This document shows positions 20,961 to 29,947 of a stretch of 41,749 nucleotides of DNA, piece after piece; the stretch's first letter is position 1; every line of letters starts with the position of its first letter. The translations under genes were made by a program, and so were the position numbers. Source of the DNA: Bacteroidota bacterium (GTDB taxonomy: Bacteria; Bacteroidota; Bacteroidia; Flavobacteriales_D; Crocinitomicaceae); NCBI GenBank assembly GCA_041161265.1, contig JBEAUV010000001.1:1-41749 (forward strand), read 5' to 3'. Under the pieces are notes generated by a model. The model was not told where the DNA came from, made no database searches, and saw only the letters and a program-made list of their open reading frames with translations.

Positions 20961-22145
20961 ATGTCAGAAATAACTGATCTTATTCGTGAGAAATCTTCAA
21001 CTATTTATGCCAAAGTAAAAGGATATAGAGAATATTTGCATCAATTTCCAGAACTTTCTTATCAAGAAGTTGAGACAATGAAATATGTTTCAAATGTCTT
21101 AAAAGGATTGAACATTTCACATGAAACTGAAGTTGGAAAAACAGGTGTTGTTGCAATCATTAGAAATAATAAACACACTGAAAATGAATCTTGTATTGGA
21201 TTAAGATCTGATTTAGACGCCCTACCAATTCAAGAAGAAAATGAAATTTCTTTCAAATCAAGTGTTGACGGGGTGATGCACGCTTGTGGACACGACGTTC
21301 ATACAGCTATTTTATTAGGTGTTGCAGAGATTCTAAATGAGATGAAGGATTTACTTCCTTGTCCAGTAAAACTTATTTTTCAACCTGGTGAAGAGAAAAA
21401 CCCAGGTGGCGCGACATTAATGATTGCAGATGGTGTTTTACATAATCCTGAAGTCAAAGAAATGTATGCGTTACATGTTTTTCCAGATATGCAAGTTGGA
21501 AAAGTAGGTTTTAAATCAGGTCTTTACATGGCTTCATGTGATGAAATATATGTAACAATAAATGGAAAAGGTGGACATGGTGCTACTCCAAATCAATGCA
21601 TAGATCCAATTCTTATTGGCGCAACTATTGTCACTCAGTTGCAACAAATCGTAAGCAGAAAATGTGACCCTAAAATACCGTGTGTCCTATCTTTTGGCCA
21701 TTTTGAAGCAATTGGTGCGACAAATATTATTCCTTCTAAAGCCATTTTAAAAGGAACATTTAGAACAATGAATGAGGAATGGAGGGCTGAAGCATTAAAA
21801 CTAATTGACTTTCAAATAAAACACATAGTTGAAAGTCAGGGTGGAACAGTTGACATTGAAATAAGCAAAGGGTTTCCTTATCTTGAAAACGATCCAGAAG
21901 TGACTTCACGTTTAAAAATGAAGGCTCAAGAATATTTAGGAATCGATAAAGTAGAAGACATGCCAATTCGTTTGACATCTGAAGATTTTGCTTTTTATTC
22001 TCAAGAAATTCCCGTTTGTTTTTTCCGTTTAGGCGTACGAAACGAAGATAAAGGAATAATTTATGGCGTACATCACCCGAAATTCAACATTGATGATAAC
22101 GCGTTGAAAATCGGTTTAGAAATGATGGCATTAGCGGCATTTTAA
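20961..22145 (+). CDS. M20D-family amidohydrolase (N-acyl-amino-acid / hippurate hydrolase-like)
   Basis: 394 aa with the metal-binding motif HACGHD and QPGEE, characteristic of peptidase M20D. Confidence 0.8.
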   Translation: MSEITDLIREKSSTIYAKVKGYREYLHQFPELSYQEVETMKYVSNVLKGLNISHETEVGKTGVVAIIRNNKHTENESCIGLRSDLDALPIQEENEISFKSSVDGVMHACGHDVHTAILLGVAEILNEMKDLLPCPVKLIFQPGEEKNPGGATLMIADGVLHNPEVKEMYALHVFPDMQVGKVGFKSGLYMASCDEIYVTINGKGGHGATPNQCIDPILIGATIVTQLQQIVSRKCDPKIPCVLSFGHFEAIGATNIIPSKAILKGTFRTMNEEWRAEALKLIDFQIKHIVESQGGTVDIEISKGFPYLENDPEVTSRLKMKAQEYLGIDKVEDMPIRLTSEDFAFYSQEIPVCFFRLGVRNEDKGIIYGVHHPKFNIDDNALKIGLEMMALAAF

Positions 22146-22156
22146 AAAATTCAATT

Positions 22157-22597
22157 ATGGTTAAACACATTCTATTTCTTTCGGTTTTTTTATTGTCAAT
22201 AATCTCATGTGACAAACAGCGTAGAACAACGAAAAAAATTGATGGTGAATGGGAAATAAGTGTTTATAAAATTACCGATACAGAAGGATTGGCGGAATAT
22301 GCAGATTGCTCAGGTTCTTATATTTTCACTTCATGCATCAATAAAAGCGCTGCATGCGATTACACATGTAATCTAACTTTTAATTTTCCTAATAATACTG
22401 GAACATCAATTGAAACTGGGACTTTTGAGATTTTATCAGACGGAGAATTTATGAATGTTACTTGTTTAAATTCTCTAAATGAAATAATCTCAACTTACAA
22501 CTATCGAATTTTGACTTTAACAATAACTGATTTACAATTGGAATATAGAGATTTGAATTCTAAACTCCATTCGCTTATTTTCAAAAAGAAAAAGTAG
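22157..22597 (+). CDS. hypothetical lipoprotein, possibly lipocalin-like
   Basis: 146 aa. A signal peptide ends in the lipobox SIIS|C. The mature part has four further Cys and a GEWEI..Y beginning. It starts 11 nt after the amidohydrolase gene. Confidence 0.6.
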   Translation: MVKHILFLSVFLLSIISCDKQRRTTKKIDGEWEISVYKITDTEGLAEYADCSGSYIFTSCINKSAACDYTCNLTFNFPNNTGTSIETGTFEILSDGEFMNVTCLNSLNEIISTYNYRILTLTITDLQLEYRDLNSKLHSLIFKKKK

Positions 22598-22603
22598 AAA
22601 TCG

Positions 22604-24787
22604 TCAATTCGCCATTTCACTCATGAATTTTATGCGCATTAAACGAAGCTCTTCTTCTGTATAATCTCCATCAAAATCAGCAACAGCTTGATCTAAATCA
22701 TCCGTTTCAGCCTCAGTGAAATACTCATAAATTTCTTCTTGATTATCTGCGTCTAGTATATCGTCAATATAATAATTAATATTCACACGTGTTCCGGAGG
22801 AAACAATCGCTTCAATTTCTTCAATCACTTCATCTATAGATTTTCCTTGCGCTCTGCCTATATCTTCTAAAGGAAGTTTGCGATCGATATTGTGAATCAA
22901 TTGTACTTTTAATCCCGACTTATTGATCAACGATTTAACCACCATGTCTTGTGGTCTTTCAATTTCATTATCCTCAACATATTGATGAATCAATGCTGTG
23001 AATGGCTCTCCATAACGAGCAGCCTTACCATTTCCTACTCCTTGAATATTTGTAAGTTCATCGATCGTGATTGGATATTGAAAACTCATATCCTTTAAAG
23101 AAGCCTCTTGGAAAATTACGAAAGGTGGAATGTTTTTTTGCTTTGAGATGGATTTTCGCAAATCAAGAAGCATATCGTATAAAATTTCATCAAATGCTCC
23201 ACCTTTTCCTCCGTCAATAATATCTGAATCATCATCATCGGTATTAGAGAAATCATGTTCTTTGATTAAGCTAAAAGATTTTGGTTCTTTGTAAAATGTT
23301 TTCCCCTCATCAGTTAATTTCAGAGTACCATAGGTCTCTATGTCCTTATAGACCAATCCAGAAACAATAACTTGTCTAATAACTGCGTTCCAAAAATGTT
23401 CGTCTTTATCTTTTCCTGCGCCAAAACCTTTAACTGCATCGTGCTTATATGTTTTAATATCTGAAGTTAAATTCCCAGATAAAAATGCACAATAATGTTT
23501 CGCTTTTTGTGTTTCTTGCAAATCATTTATGGCATGAATTAGCATTGAAACATATTCTTTTCCTTCCCTTCTTTCTTTAGGGTTTTTGCAATTATCACAA
23601 TATTCATTACATCCTTTTTCGTCGAAGATTTCTCCAAAATAATGAAGAATGAATTTTCTCCTGCAAACAGACGTTTCAGCATATGAAACAATTTCACTTA
23701 ACAATTGTCGTCCAATTTCTTGTTCAGCAATTGGTTTTCCTTGTAAGAATTTTTCTAATTTCTCAATATCCTTGTAACTGTAGAACGCAACGCATTCACC
23801 TTCACCACCGTCTCTACCAGCCCTTCCAGTTTCTTGATAATAACTTTCTAATGATTTTGGAATATCATGGTGAATAACAAAGCGAACATCAGGCTTATCA
23901 ATACCCATTCCGAATGCTATAGTTGCAACAATAATATTTGCATCTTCCATCAAAAACATATCTTGATGTTTCCCTCTTGTATTAGCATCAAGCCCAGCGT
24001 GATATGGGAGTGCATTAATACCATTTACTTGAAGCAATTCAGAAAGTTCTTCAACTTTTTTCCTGCTTAAACAATAAATAATTCCACTCTTTCCGGCTTT
24101 TGTTCTGACATATTTAATAATCTGTTTTTCTACATCTTTTTTCGGTCTAATTTCATAATATAGATTATCTCTATTAAACGAAGACTTGAAAACTTGAGCA
24201 TCTAACATATTCAAGTTTTTCTGAATATCATATTGAACCTTTGGAGTTGCTGTTGCTGTTAAGGCAATAATTGGGACATTCGATATTTTTTCAAAGATCT
24301 CTCTTAACCTTCGATATTCGGGTCTAAAATCATGTCCCCATTCAGAGATACAATGTGCTTCATCAATAGCAAAAAAAGAAATATTTACTGAGGTTAAAAA
24401 ATCAATATTTTCTTGTTTAGTCAAAGATTCTGGCGCAACATAAAGCAACTTAGTGTTGCCATCTTGGATATCTAATTTCACTTTAGCTATCTCAGTTTTG
24501 GTCAACGAAGAATTTAAAAAATGAGCTACTGACTCATTATCACTTACATTTCGGATTGCATCTACTTGATTTTTCATTAAGGCAATCAAGGGGGAAACCA
24601 CAATTGCGGTTCCTTCAGACATCAATGCAGGCAATTGGTAACACATTGATTTACCACCACCTGTTGGCATAATAACGAATGTATTGTTTCCTTTTAACAC
24701 ATTTGTTATTACGCTTTCTTGTTCTCCTTTAAAGCTATTGAATCCAAAATATTTACGTAATACACTCTTTAGATCATTCTCTGCCAT
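22604..24787 (-). CDS. recQ: ATP-dependent DNA helicase RecQ
   Basis: 727 aa with PTGGGKS, DEAHCISEWGHDFRPEY, the zinc-binding Cys cluster (C..C...C..C) and a C-terminal HRDC-like region. Confidence 0.93.
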   Translation of the reverse strand: MAENDLKSVLRKYFGFNSFKGEQESVITNVLKGNNTFVIMPTGGGKSMCYQLPALMSEGTAIVVSPLIALMKNQVDAIRNVSDNESVAHFLNSSLTKTEIAKVKLDIQDGNTKLLYVAPESLTKQENIDFLTSVNISFFAIDEAHCISEWGHDFRPEYRRLREIFEKISNVPIIALTATATPKVQYDIQKNLNMLDAQVFKSSFNRDNLYYEIRPKKDVEKQIIKYVRTKAGKSGIIYCLSRKKVEELSELLQVNGINALPYHAGLDANTRGKHQDMFLMEDANIIVATIAFGMGIDKPDVRFVIHHDIPKSLESYYQETGRAGRDGGEGECVAFYSYKDIEKLEKFLQGKPIAEQEIGRQLLSEIVSYAETSVCRRKFILHYFGEIFDEKGCNEYCDNCKNPKERREGKEYVSMLIHAINDLQETQKAKHYCAFLSGNLTSDIKTYKHDAVKGFGAGKDKDEHFWNAVIRQVIVSGLVYKDIETYGTLKLTDEGKTFYKEPKSFSLIKEHDFSNTDDDDSDIIDGGKGGAFDEILYDMLLDLRKSISKQKNIPPFVIFQEASLKDMSFQYPITIDELTNIQGVGNGKAARYGEPFTALIHQYVEDNEIERPQDMVVKSLINKSGLKVQLIHNIDRKLPLEDIGRAQGKSIDEVIEEIEAIVSSGTRVNINYYIDDILDADNQEEIYEYFTEAETDDLDQAVADFDGDYTEEELRLMRIKFMSEMAN

Positions 24788-24951
24788 TCATTATAGTTTT
24801 TTAGAAACTTCTCTAAGTTAATAAAAATGTTGCATGATTTAACCTTTTGCCAACAAATAATTAATCTTGCCCTTCTTTTAAAGAATCTAAATTATTTTCA
24901 GAAAATTGACTTGCTCATTATTTAAATACTCCAAGTTTAAAGCTGAATGAT

Positions 24952-24959
24952 TACTTTTG
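24952..24959 (+). promoter_or_regulatory. Candidate -7 box for tatC
   Basis: TACTTTTG is an exact TAnnTTTG match. It lies inside the 5' extension of the ORF-track frame and 8 nt upstream of the ATG at 24968. Confidence 0.4.
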
Positions 24960-24967
24960 CATTCGAT

Positions 24968-25750
24968 ATGAGTGAAGATAAAAATATGTCTTTTTTAGAT
25001 CATCTTGAAGAATTAAGATGGAGGCTGGTTAAAATATCAATTTCAATAATTGTTGTAGCAACTGTGCTTTTTTGGTTTCAAGAATGGATAATGAATACTT
25101 TTTTCATGTCTATGAAAGAACCAACTTTCATAACATTCAGAGTAATGTGCAGCTGGCTAGGGGTTTGTATTGACGAAATTCCAGTTAGTTTTCAAAGTAC
25201 TTCTATGTCAGGGCAATTTAGTTATGCATTGATGATGAGTATAATGGGTGGAATTGTTATTTCATTTCCTTTTATTTTTGCGCAAATATGGGGATTTGTT
25301 AAACCAGGCTTGAAGCATAAAGAAAAGACGGTTGCTAAAGGAATTATTTTTTACGTTAGCATTTTATTTTTCACTGGAATTTTGTTTGGATATTTTGTTG
25401 TTGCTCCATTATGTGTGCAGTTTTTTGGAACTTATAAAATAAGTGGTCAAATTCAAAATATTTTCACTATTAACTCTTATTTGAGCACGATTCTTTCAAC
25501 TGTTTTCTACTCAGGAATATTGTTTTTATTACCGGTAATTTCCTATATTTTTACTCGATTAGGTATTGTAACTCCCGCTTTTTTAAAAAAATACAGAAAA
25601 CATGCTATTGTTGGTGTTTTAATTTTATCAGCTGCAATTACGCCTCCAGATGTGATTTCACAAATCATTGTTGCGATTCCAATCATTCTTTTGTATGAAA
25701 TAGGGATCTTTGTTTCTTCACGTGTTGAAAAAAATCTTAAAAAAGACTAA
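24968..25750 (+). CDS. tatC: twin-arginine translocase subunit TatC
   Basis: MSEDKNMSFLDHLEELRWRL is a typical TatC N-terminus, followed by 6 TM segments. I preferred the start at 24968 over 24947 because of the -7 box at 24952-24959. Confidence 0.88.
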   Translation: MSEDKNMSFLDHLEELRWRLVKISISIIVVATVLFWFQEWIMNTFFMSMKEPTFITFRVMCSWLGVCIDEIPVSFQSTSMSGQFSYALMMSIMGGIVISFPFIFAQIWGFVKPGLKHKEKTVAKGIIFYVSILFFTGILFGYFVVAPLCVQFFGTYKISGQIQNIFTINSYLSTILSTVFYSGILFLLPVISYIFTRLGIVTPAFLKKYRKHAIVGVLILSAAITPPDVISQIIVAIPIILLYEIGIFVSSRVEKNLKKD

Positions 25751-25806
25751 GTTCAATAATTAGTCAACAATTGTAATAATTAACTTAGGCTGATTTAATT
25801 TTTAGA

Positions 25807-28266
25807 ATGAATAAATTCCTTTTCATATTTTTTATACTTGCTTCATTTTTTGGATACAGCCAACAAACTCGGGTATTTGGAACTGTTTGGGATGCGGAAA
25901 CAGGTGAGAAAATGCCGTTTGTTAAAGTGCAATTCCGTGATTCGAAAATAGGCGTTTTAACCGATTCAATAGGTTACTATTCTATTGAAACATACTATGC
26001 AACTGATTCTTTGGAATTTTCTTTTAATGGATACATATCAATGCATCAGGCCGTAATTCGTGATGTAAATCAAGAAATCAATGTGCGATTATCAACTAGA
26101 ATAGGTGAAATAGGTGAAATTACTGTTAAACCACCTGATGAGTTCCCTTCTACGATCTTACACAAACGTGTTGTGGCAAATAAAAACATCAACAACAAAG
26201 AAAAATTGCTTGCATACGATTATGAAGTTTATAATAAAATTCAATTAGATTTAAACAATATCGGTGATAAATTTACAGAACGAGGAATTGTAAAACGATT
26301 AGACCTTGTCATGGACTATCTTGATTCAACAGAAAGTGGAACAAACTATTTACCCGTTATTTTAAGTGAATCACTGTCCAATTTTTATTTTAAAAACAAT
26401 CCAAAAAAGAAGAAAGAAGTAATTGAAGCGACACGAATCACAGGAATTGAAAATGTCCAAATGAATCAATTCATGGGTGACATGTACCTTGATATCAATA
26501 TCTATGATAACAACATTAACATGTTCAACAAAGCTTTCATTAGTCCCATCTCAGATGTTGCAAGAAGCTTCTACAAATTTTATCTTGAAGATTCAACCTT
26601 TATAGACAATCAATGGTGTTATAAATTGAGGTTTGCACCAAAACGAACAGGCGACATGACGTTTGAAGGTGAAATGTGGATTCACGATACAACATATGCC
26701 GTAAAACAAATTAGCGCATCAATTTCTCCATGGGCAAATATTAATTACGTTCAAGATCTTTATTTTGAACATCAGTTCAATCAAGTTGCAAAAGAAGTTT
26801 GGATGCTGACTCAGGAAAAAATGATTGTTGATGTCAAAATCACAAAGAATACAGGAATTTATGGTTTTTATGGAAGGAAATTTTCTTCAAGAACCAACTT
26901 TGTTATTAATGAACAACATTCGCCTACTTTTTATAAATCAGATAATACTGTTGAGTTTGCTGATAGTGCCAAAATAAGGACTGAAAAATATTGGGAATCT
27001 CATAGACATGAAGCTTTGAGCAAACAAGAGGTAGGAATCAATAATATGGTAGATTCTCTAAATGAAATGCCATTTTTCAAAATGCTCAAAAACTTAACCT
27101 ATTTTGGTTCAACTGGATATTATCCATTTGGTAAAATTGAAGTTGGAAGTGCTTTCAGTTTGATTAGTTACAATCCAGTTGAGCATTTCCGAACTGCATT
27201 GGCATTGAGAACTTCCAATAATTTTTCAAGAAGAATTGAATTCGGAGGAAAAATTGCTTACGGTTTCAACGATGAAAAATTCAAATACGGTCTGTCAATA
27301 AGGTATAACATCACACCAAAAAAACGTGGGATGTTAACCACCTATTACAATTATGATATTCAACAAATTGGTGTTTCGCCAACGGCTGCATCTATGGGTT
27401 CAACTTTTGGGACATTGTTCAGAACGGGGCCTTTAGACAAACTAACGTTTGTAAAAAAAGCTGGAATTTCTTTAGAAAAGGATGTTAAAAAAGATTTTGT
27501 TCTTTTTGGGGCTTTTGAATGGAAAGAATATACGGCGTTAGGAAAAGCAAACTATGTATCTTTTAATCCACTGACTTTAATCAACGATACAATTACAACT
27601 ATTACAACAAGTGAATTTACCACAAGAATACGCTGGACAAAGGACGAGGAATTTCTTTCTGGTGCATTTGACAGAACAACATTAAGATCAAAATATCCTA
27701 TTTTTTCATTGCAGGGTATTTTTGGTGTTAAAGGATTATTCGGTGGCGATTATAATTATCAAAAAATCGAATTCCAAATGGAACATAGTCGGCAAATAGG
27801 TATTCTTGGTCGAATTCGTTATGGTGCGAACGCCGGTTATGTCTTCGGAACTGCTGCATATCCATTTTTGAAAGTTCATGAAGGAAATCAATCTTATTGG
27901 TTACTCACCTCCACATTTAACATGTTGAATTTCTTTGAATTTATATCAGACAAATATGTCGGTGGTTTTATTGAAAATCATTGGGAAGGATTGTTTTTCG
28001 ATAGAATTCCTTTGATTAAAAAGCTAAAATTAAGACTCGTTACAACCGGAAGGATAACATATGGCGCAATATCTGCAAAAAATATGGCCGAAATGGATTT
28101 GCCAATTGACACCAAATTATTTGGTTCTATTCCATATGCTGAAGCCGCAATTGGAATTGAAAACATTTTTAAAGTAGGACGAGTTGATTTAGTTTGGAGA
28201 ATAACGCATTTAGATCCAGGAATGAGTCCTTTAGGAATTCGCGCACGATGGGCAATTAATTTTTAA
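25807..28266 (+). CDS. outer-membrane protein of unknown function: CarboxypepD_reg-like N-domain plus a DUF5686-like body
   Basis: 819 aa. A signal peptide (FFGYSQQ) precedes a CarboxypepD_reg-like segment (RVFGTVWDAETGEKMPFVKVQF...TDSIGYYSI). The long remainder has an alternating beta-strand character and ends in the aromatic ...RWAINF. Confidence 0.65.
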   Translation: MNKFLFIFFILASFFGYSQQTRVFGTVWDAETGEKMPFVKVQFRDSKIGVLTDSIGYYSIETYYATDSLEFSFNGYISMHQAVIRDVNQEINVRLSTRIGEIGEITVKPPDEFPSTILHKRVVANKNINNKEKLLAYDYEVYNKIQLDLNNIGDKFTERGIVKRLDLVMDYLDSTESGTNYLPVILSESLSNFYFKNNPKKKKEVIEATRITGIENVQMNQFMGDMYLDINIYDNNINMFNKAFISPISDVARSFYKFYLEDSTFIDNQWCYKLRFAPKRTGDMTFEGEMWIHDTTYAVKQISASISPWANINYVQDLYFEHQFNQVAKEVWMLTQEKMIVDVKITKNTGIYGFYGRKFSSRTNFVINEQHSPTFYKSDNTVEFADSAKIRTEKYWESHRHEALSKQEVGINNMVDSLNEMPFFKMLKNLTYFGSTGYYPFGKIEVGSAFSLISYNPVEHFRTALALRTSNNFSRRIEFGGKIAYGFNDEKFKYGLSIRYNITPKKRGMLTTYYNYDIQQIGVSPTAASMGSTFGTLFRTGPLDKLTFVKKAGISLEKDVKKDFVLFGAFEWKEYTALGKANYVSFNPLTLINDTITTITTSEFTTRIRWTKDEEFLSGAFDRTTLRSKYPIFSLQGIFGVKGLFGGDYNYQKIEFQMEHSRQIGILGRIRYGANAGYVFGTAAYPFLKVHEGNQSYWLLTSTFNMLNFFEFISDKYVGGFIENHWEGLFFDRIPLIKKLKLRLVTTGRITYGAISAKNMAEMDLPIDTKLFGSIPYAEAAIGIENIFKVGRVDLVWRITHLDPGMSPLGIRARWAINF

Positions 28267-28288
28267 CTTTACGTTCTATTAAAAGAAT

Positions 28289-29017
28289 TTGAAACTATAC
28301 ACAAACCATATAAAAAAATCTTACAAAGGTCGCAATGTAGTAAATGGCGTGACAATTGAAGTAAATCAGGGCGAAATAGTTGGCTTGCTAGGGCCTAATG
28401 GCGCTGGTAAAACAACATCTTTTTATATGATCGTTGGATTAGTTAATCCTGATTCAGGTTCTGTGTATTTAGAAGATACCGAAATCACAAATTTTCCGAT
28501 GTATAAGCGCTCTCAGCTTGGGATAGGATACCTTCCTCAAGAAGTTTCTGTTTTCAGAAAATTAAGTGTTGAAGACAATATCCTCGGTATTTTGGAAATG
28601 TCAGATTTATCAAAAATCCAAAGAAAAGAAAAACTTGAAGAATTATTGGAAGAATTTAGTCTAACACATGTTAGAAAAACATTAGGAAACAGATTGTCAG
28701 GAGGAGAAAAAAGAAGAACTGAAATAGCAAGAACTTTGGCAACAAATCCGAAATTCGTTTTACTAGACGAGCCATTTGCTGGAGTCGACCCAATTGCAGT
28801 GGAAGAAATTCAAGGAATTGTTTCTGATTTAAGAAAAAAAAATATTGGAATACTTATCACGGATCATAATGTTCAAGAAACTCTTTCAATTACAGACCGA
28901 GCTTATTTGCTTTTTGAGGGAAGTATTTTAAAATCAGGCACTGCTGAAGAATTAGCAGCTGATGAACAAGTAAGACGCGTTTATTTAGGACAAAATTTTG
29001 AACTTAGAAAAAAATAG
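28289..29017 (+). CDS. lptB: LPS export ABC transporter ATP-binding protein LptB
   Basis: 242 aa with Walker [10 protein letters not shown], signature LSGGEKRR and Walker [10 protein letters not shown]. The start codon is TTG at 28289, and an in-frame TAA at 28280-28282 excludes any upstream start. Confidence 0.88.
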   Translation: MKLYTNHIKKSYKGRNVVNGVTIEVNQGEIVGLLGPNGAGKTTSFYMIVGLVNPDSGSVYLEDTEITNFPMYKRSQLGIGYLPQEVSVFRKLSVEDNILGILEMSDLSKIQRKEKLEELLEEFSLTHVRKTLGNRLSGGEKRRTEIARTLATNPKFVLLDEPFAGVDPIAVEEIQGIVSDLRKKNIGILITDHNVQETLSITDRAYLLFEGSILKSGTAEELAADEQVRRVYLGQNFELRKK

Positions 29018-29086
29018 TTTTCTATTTGAATAAAAAGTAATATTTTCGCAAACAACTGCTCGAAATTTAAATAATAAATAAATATT

Positions 29087-29563
29087 ATGAATAAAATAAT
29101 TTCCTTTCTTCCTTTATTTTCAATCTTATTAATCTTGGGTGCCACATCTTGTAAAAAGAAATGTGTTATCGAAAAAGGAGATGTTGATGGTGGGTCTATT
29201 GTTCAAGATGTTATTTTCTATCCATCATCTGGTTATATGACGGGAAATATGGGAGGCAACTATGTCATAAATGCATCACACCCTTATTCGAACAAAATAC
29301 AAGTTAAATTTTCTGAAGGTGAAAAGATACCTGTGAATTATTCAAACTACACTGTTTTGTGTTACCCAACAACCGCAAAATGCAATGCAGCATATGAACG
29401 AACAGTTACCATAGATAATACGCTTGGCACAGTCGTTTATAAAATTGTTGTTACTCAATGTGCTAATTGTGAAGAAAAAAGAACTACAGAAAACTATGTT
29501 TTAGTTCCAGCATTTCCATCATCTTATTTTGTATACTACGATGTTTCGTATGTTGAAAAGTAA
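29087..29563 (+). CDS. hypothetical Cys-rich lipoprotein
   Basis: 158 aa. The signal peptide has the lipobox LGATS|C, and there are five more Cys including a CANC (CxxC) pair. It has its own terminator. Confidence 0.6.
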   Translation: MNKIISFLPLFSILLILGATSCKKKCVIEKGDVDGGSIVQDVIFYPSSGYMTGNMGGNYVINASHPYSNKIQVKFSEGEKIPVNYSNYTVLCYPTTAKCNAAYERTVTIDNTLGTVVYKIVVTQCANCEEKRTTENYVLVPAFPSSYFVYYDVSYVEK

Positions 29564-29580
29564 TTGACTTAAAATAAGAA

Positions 29581-29611
29581 AGCCATTCCTCAACTAAGGA
29601 ATGGCTTTTTT
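29581..29611 (+). terminator. Rho-independent terminator after the 29087-29563 gene
   Basis: The stem AGCCATTCCT / AGGAATGGCT (10 bp) closes a 6-nt loop and is followed by TTTTT. Confidence 0.8.
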
Positions 29612-29618
29612 CATGCAT

Positions 29619-29644
29619 AAAAAAAGGCCATCTGAGATGACCTT
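29619..29644 (-). terminator. Rho-independent terminator after the 47-aa lipoprotein ORF
   Basis: Minus-strand RNA folds as AAGGUCAUC-uca-GAUGGCCUU (9 bp including one G-U pair), followed by U7. It lies 20 nt past the stop at 29664. Confidence 0.6.
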
Positions 29645-29663
29645 GATTTTTAAAGGGATTGAA

Positions 29664-29807
29664 TTACTTAGAAGCTAAGTCATTATTTTCAACGTGATCT
29701 ACGCTACCGTATGCATCACATCCTCCGCCTCCTTTAGATGATCCACATGCCGTAATTACTAGCGACAGAAACATCCCTACAAGTGTCAAGGTCAAAATTT
29801 TCTTCAT
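29664..29807 (-). CDS. 47-aa putative mini-lipoprotein, absent from the ORF track
   Basis: Codon-by-codon hand translation gives MKKILTLTLVGMFLSLVITACGSSKGGGGCDAYGSVDHVENNDLASK*. It has a Lys-rich n-region, a hydrophobic core and a lipobox-like ITA|C. A dedicated downstream terminator follows. Confidence 0.5.
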   Translation of the reverse strand: MKKILTLTLVGMFLSLVITACGSSKGGGGCDAYGSVDHVENNDLASK

Positions 29808-29947
29808 TGCTGTTTGTTTTTTTGTTAATTAGTCTTCCGTTGTTATTGCGAAAATACAATATTTTACCTTGATCTTCCAAAAAATATTATCCACAATTGT
29901 GTATTAATCATTTGAAATAAAGTAATTTCCTACTCGTTTTGATTACA

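Noticed and set aside
26101-26118. A direct 9-nt tandem duplication, ATAGGTGAA ATAGGTGAA (encoding IGEIGEI), inside the DUF5686-like gene.
   Set aside because: It has only two copies, stays in frame and lies in a linker region. It is too short to be a meaningful repeat element and is probably a small slippage duplication.
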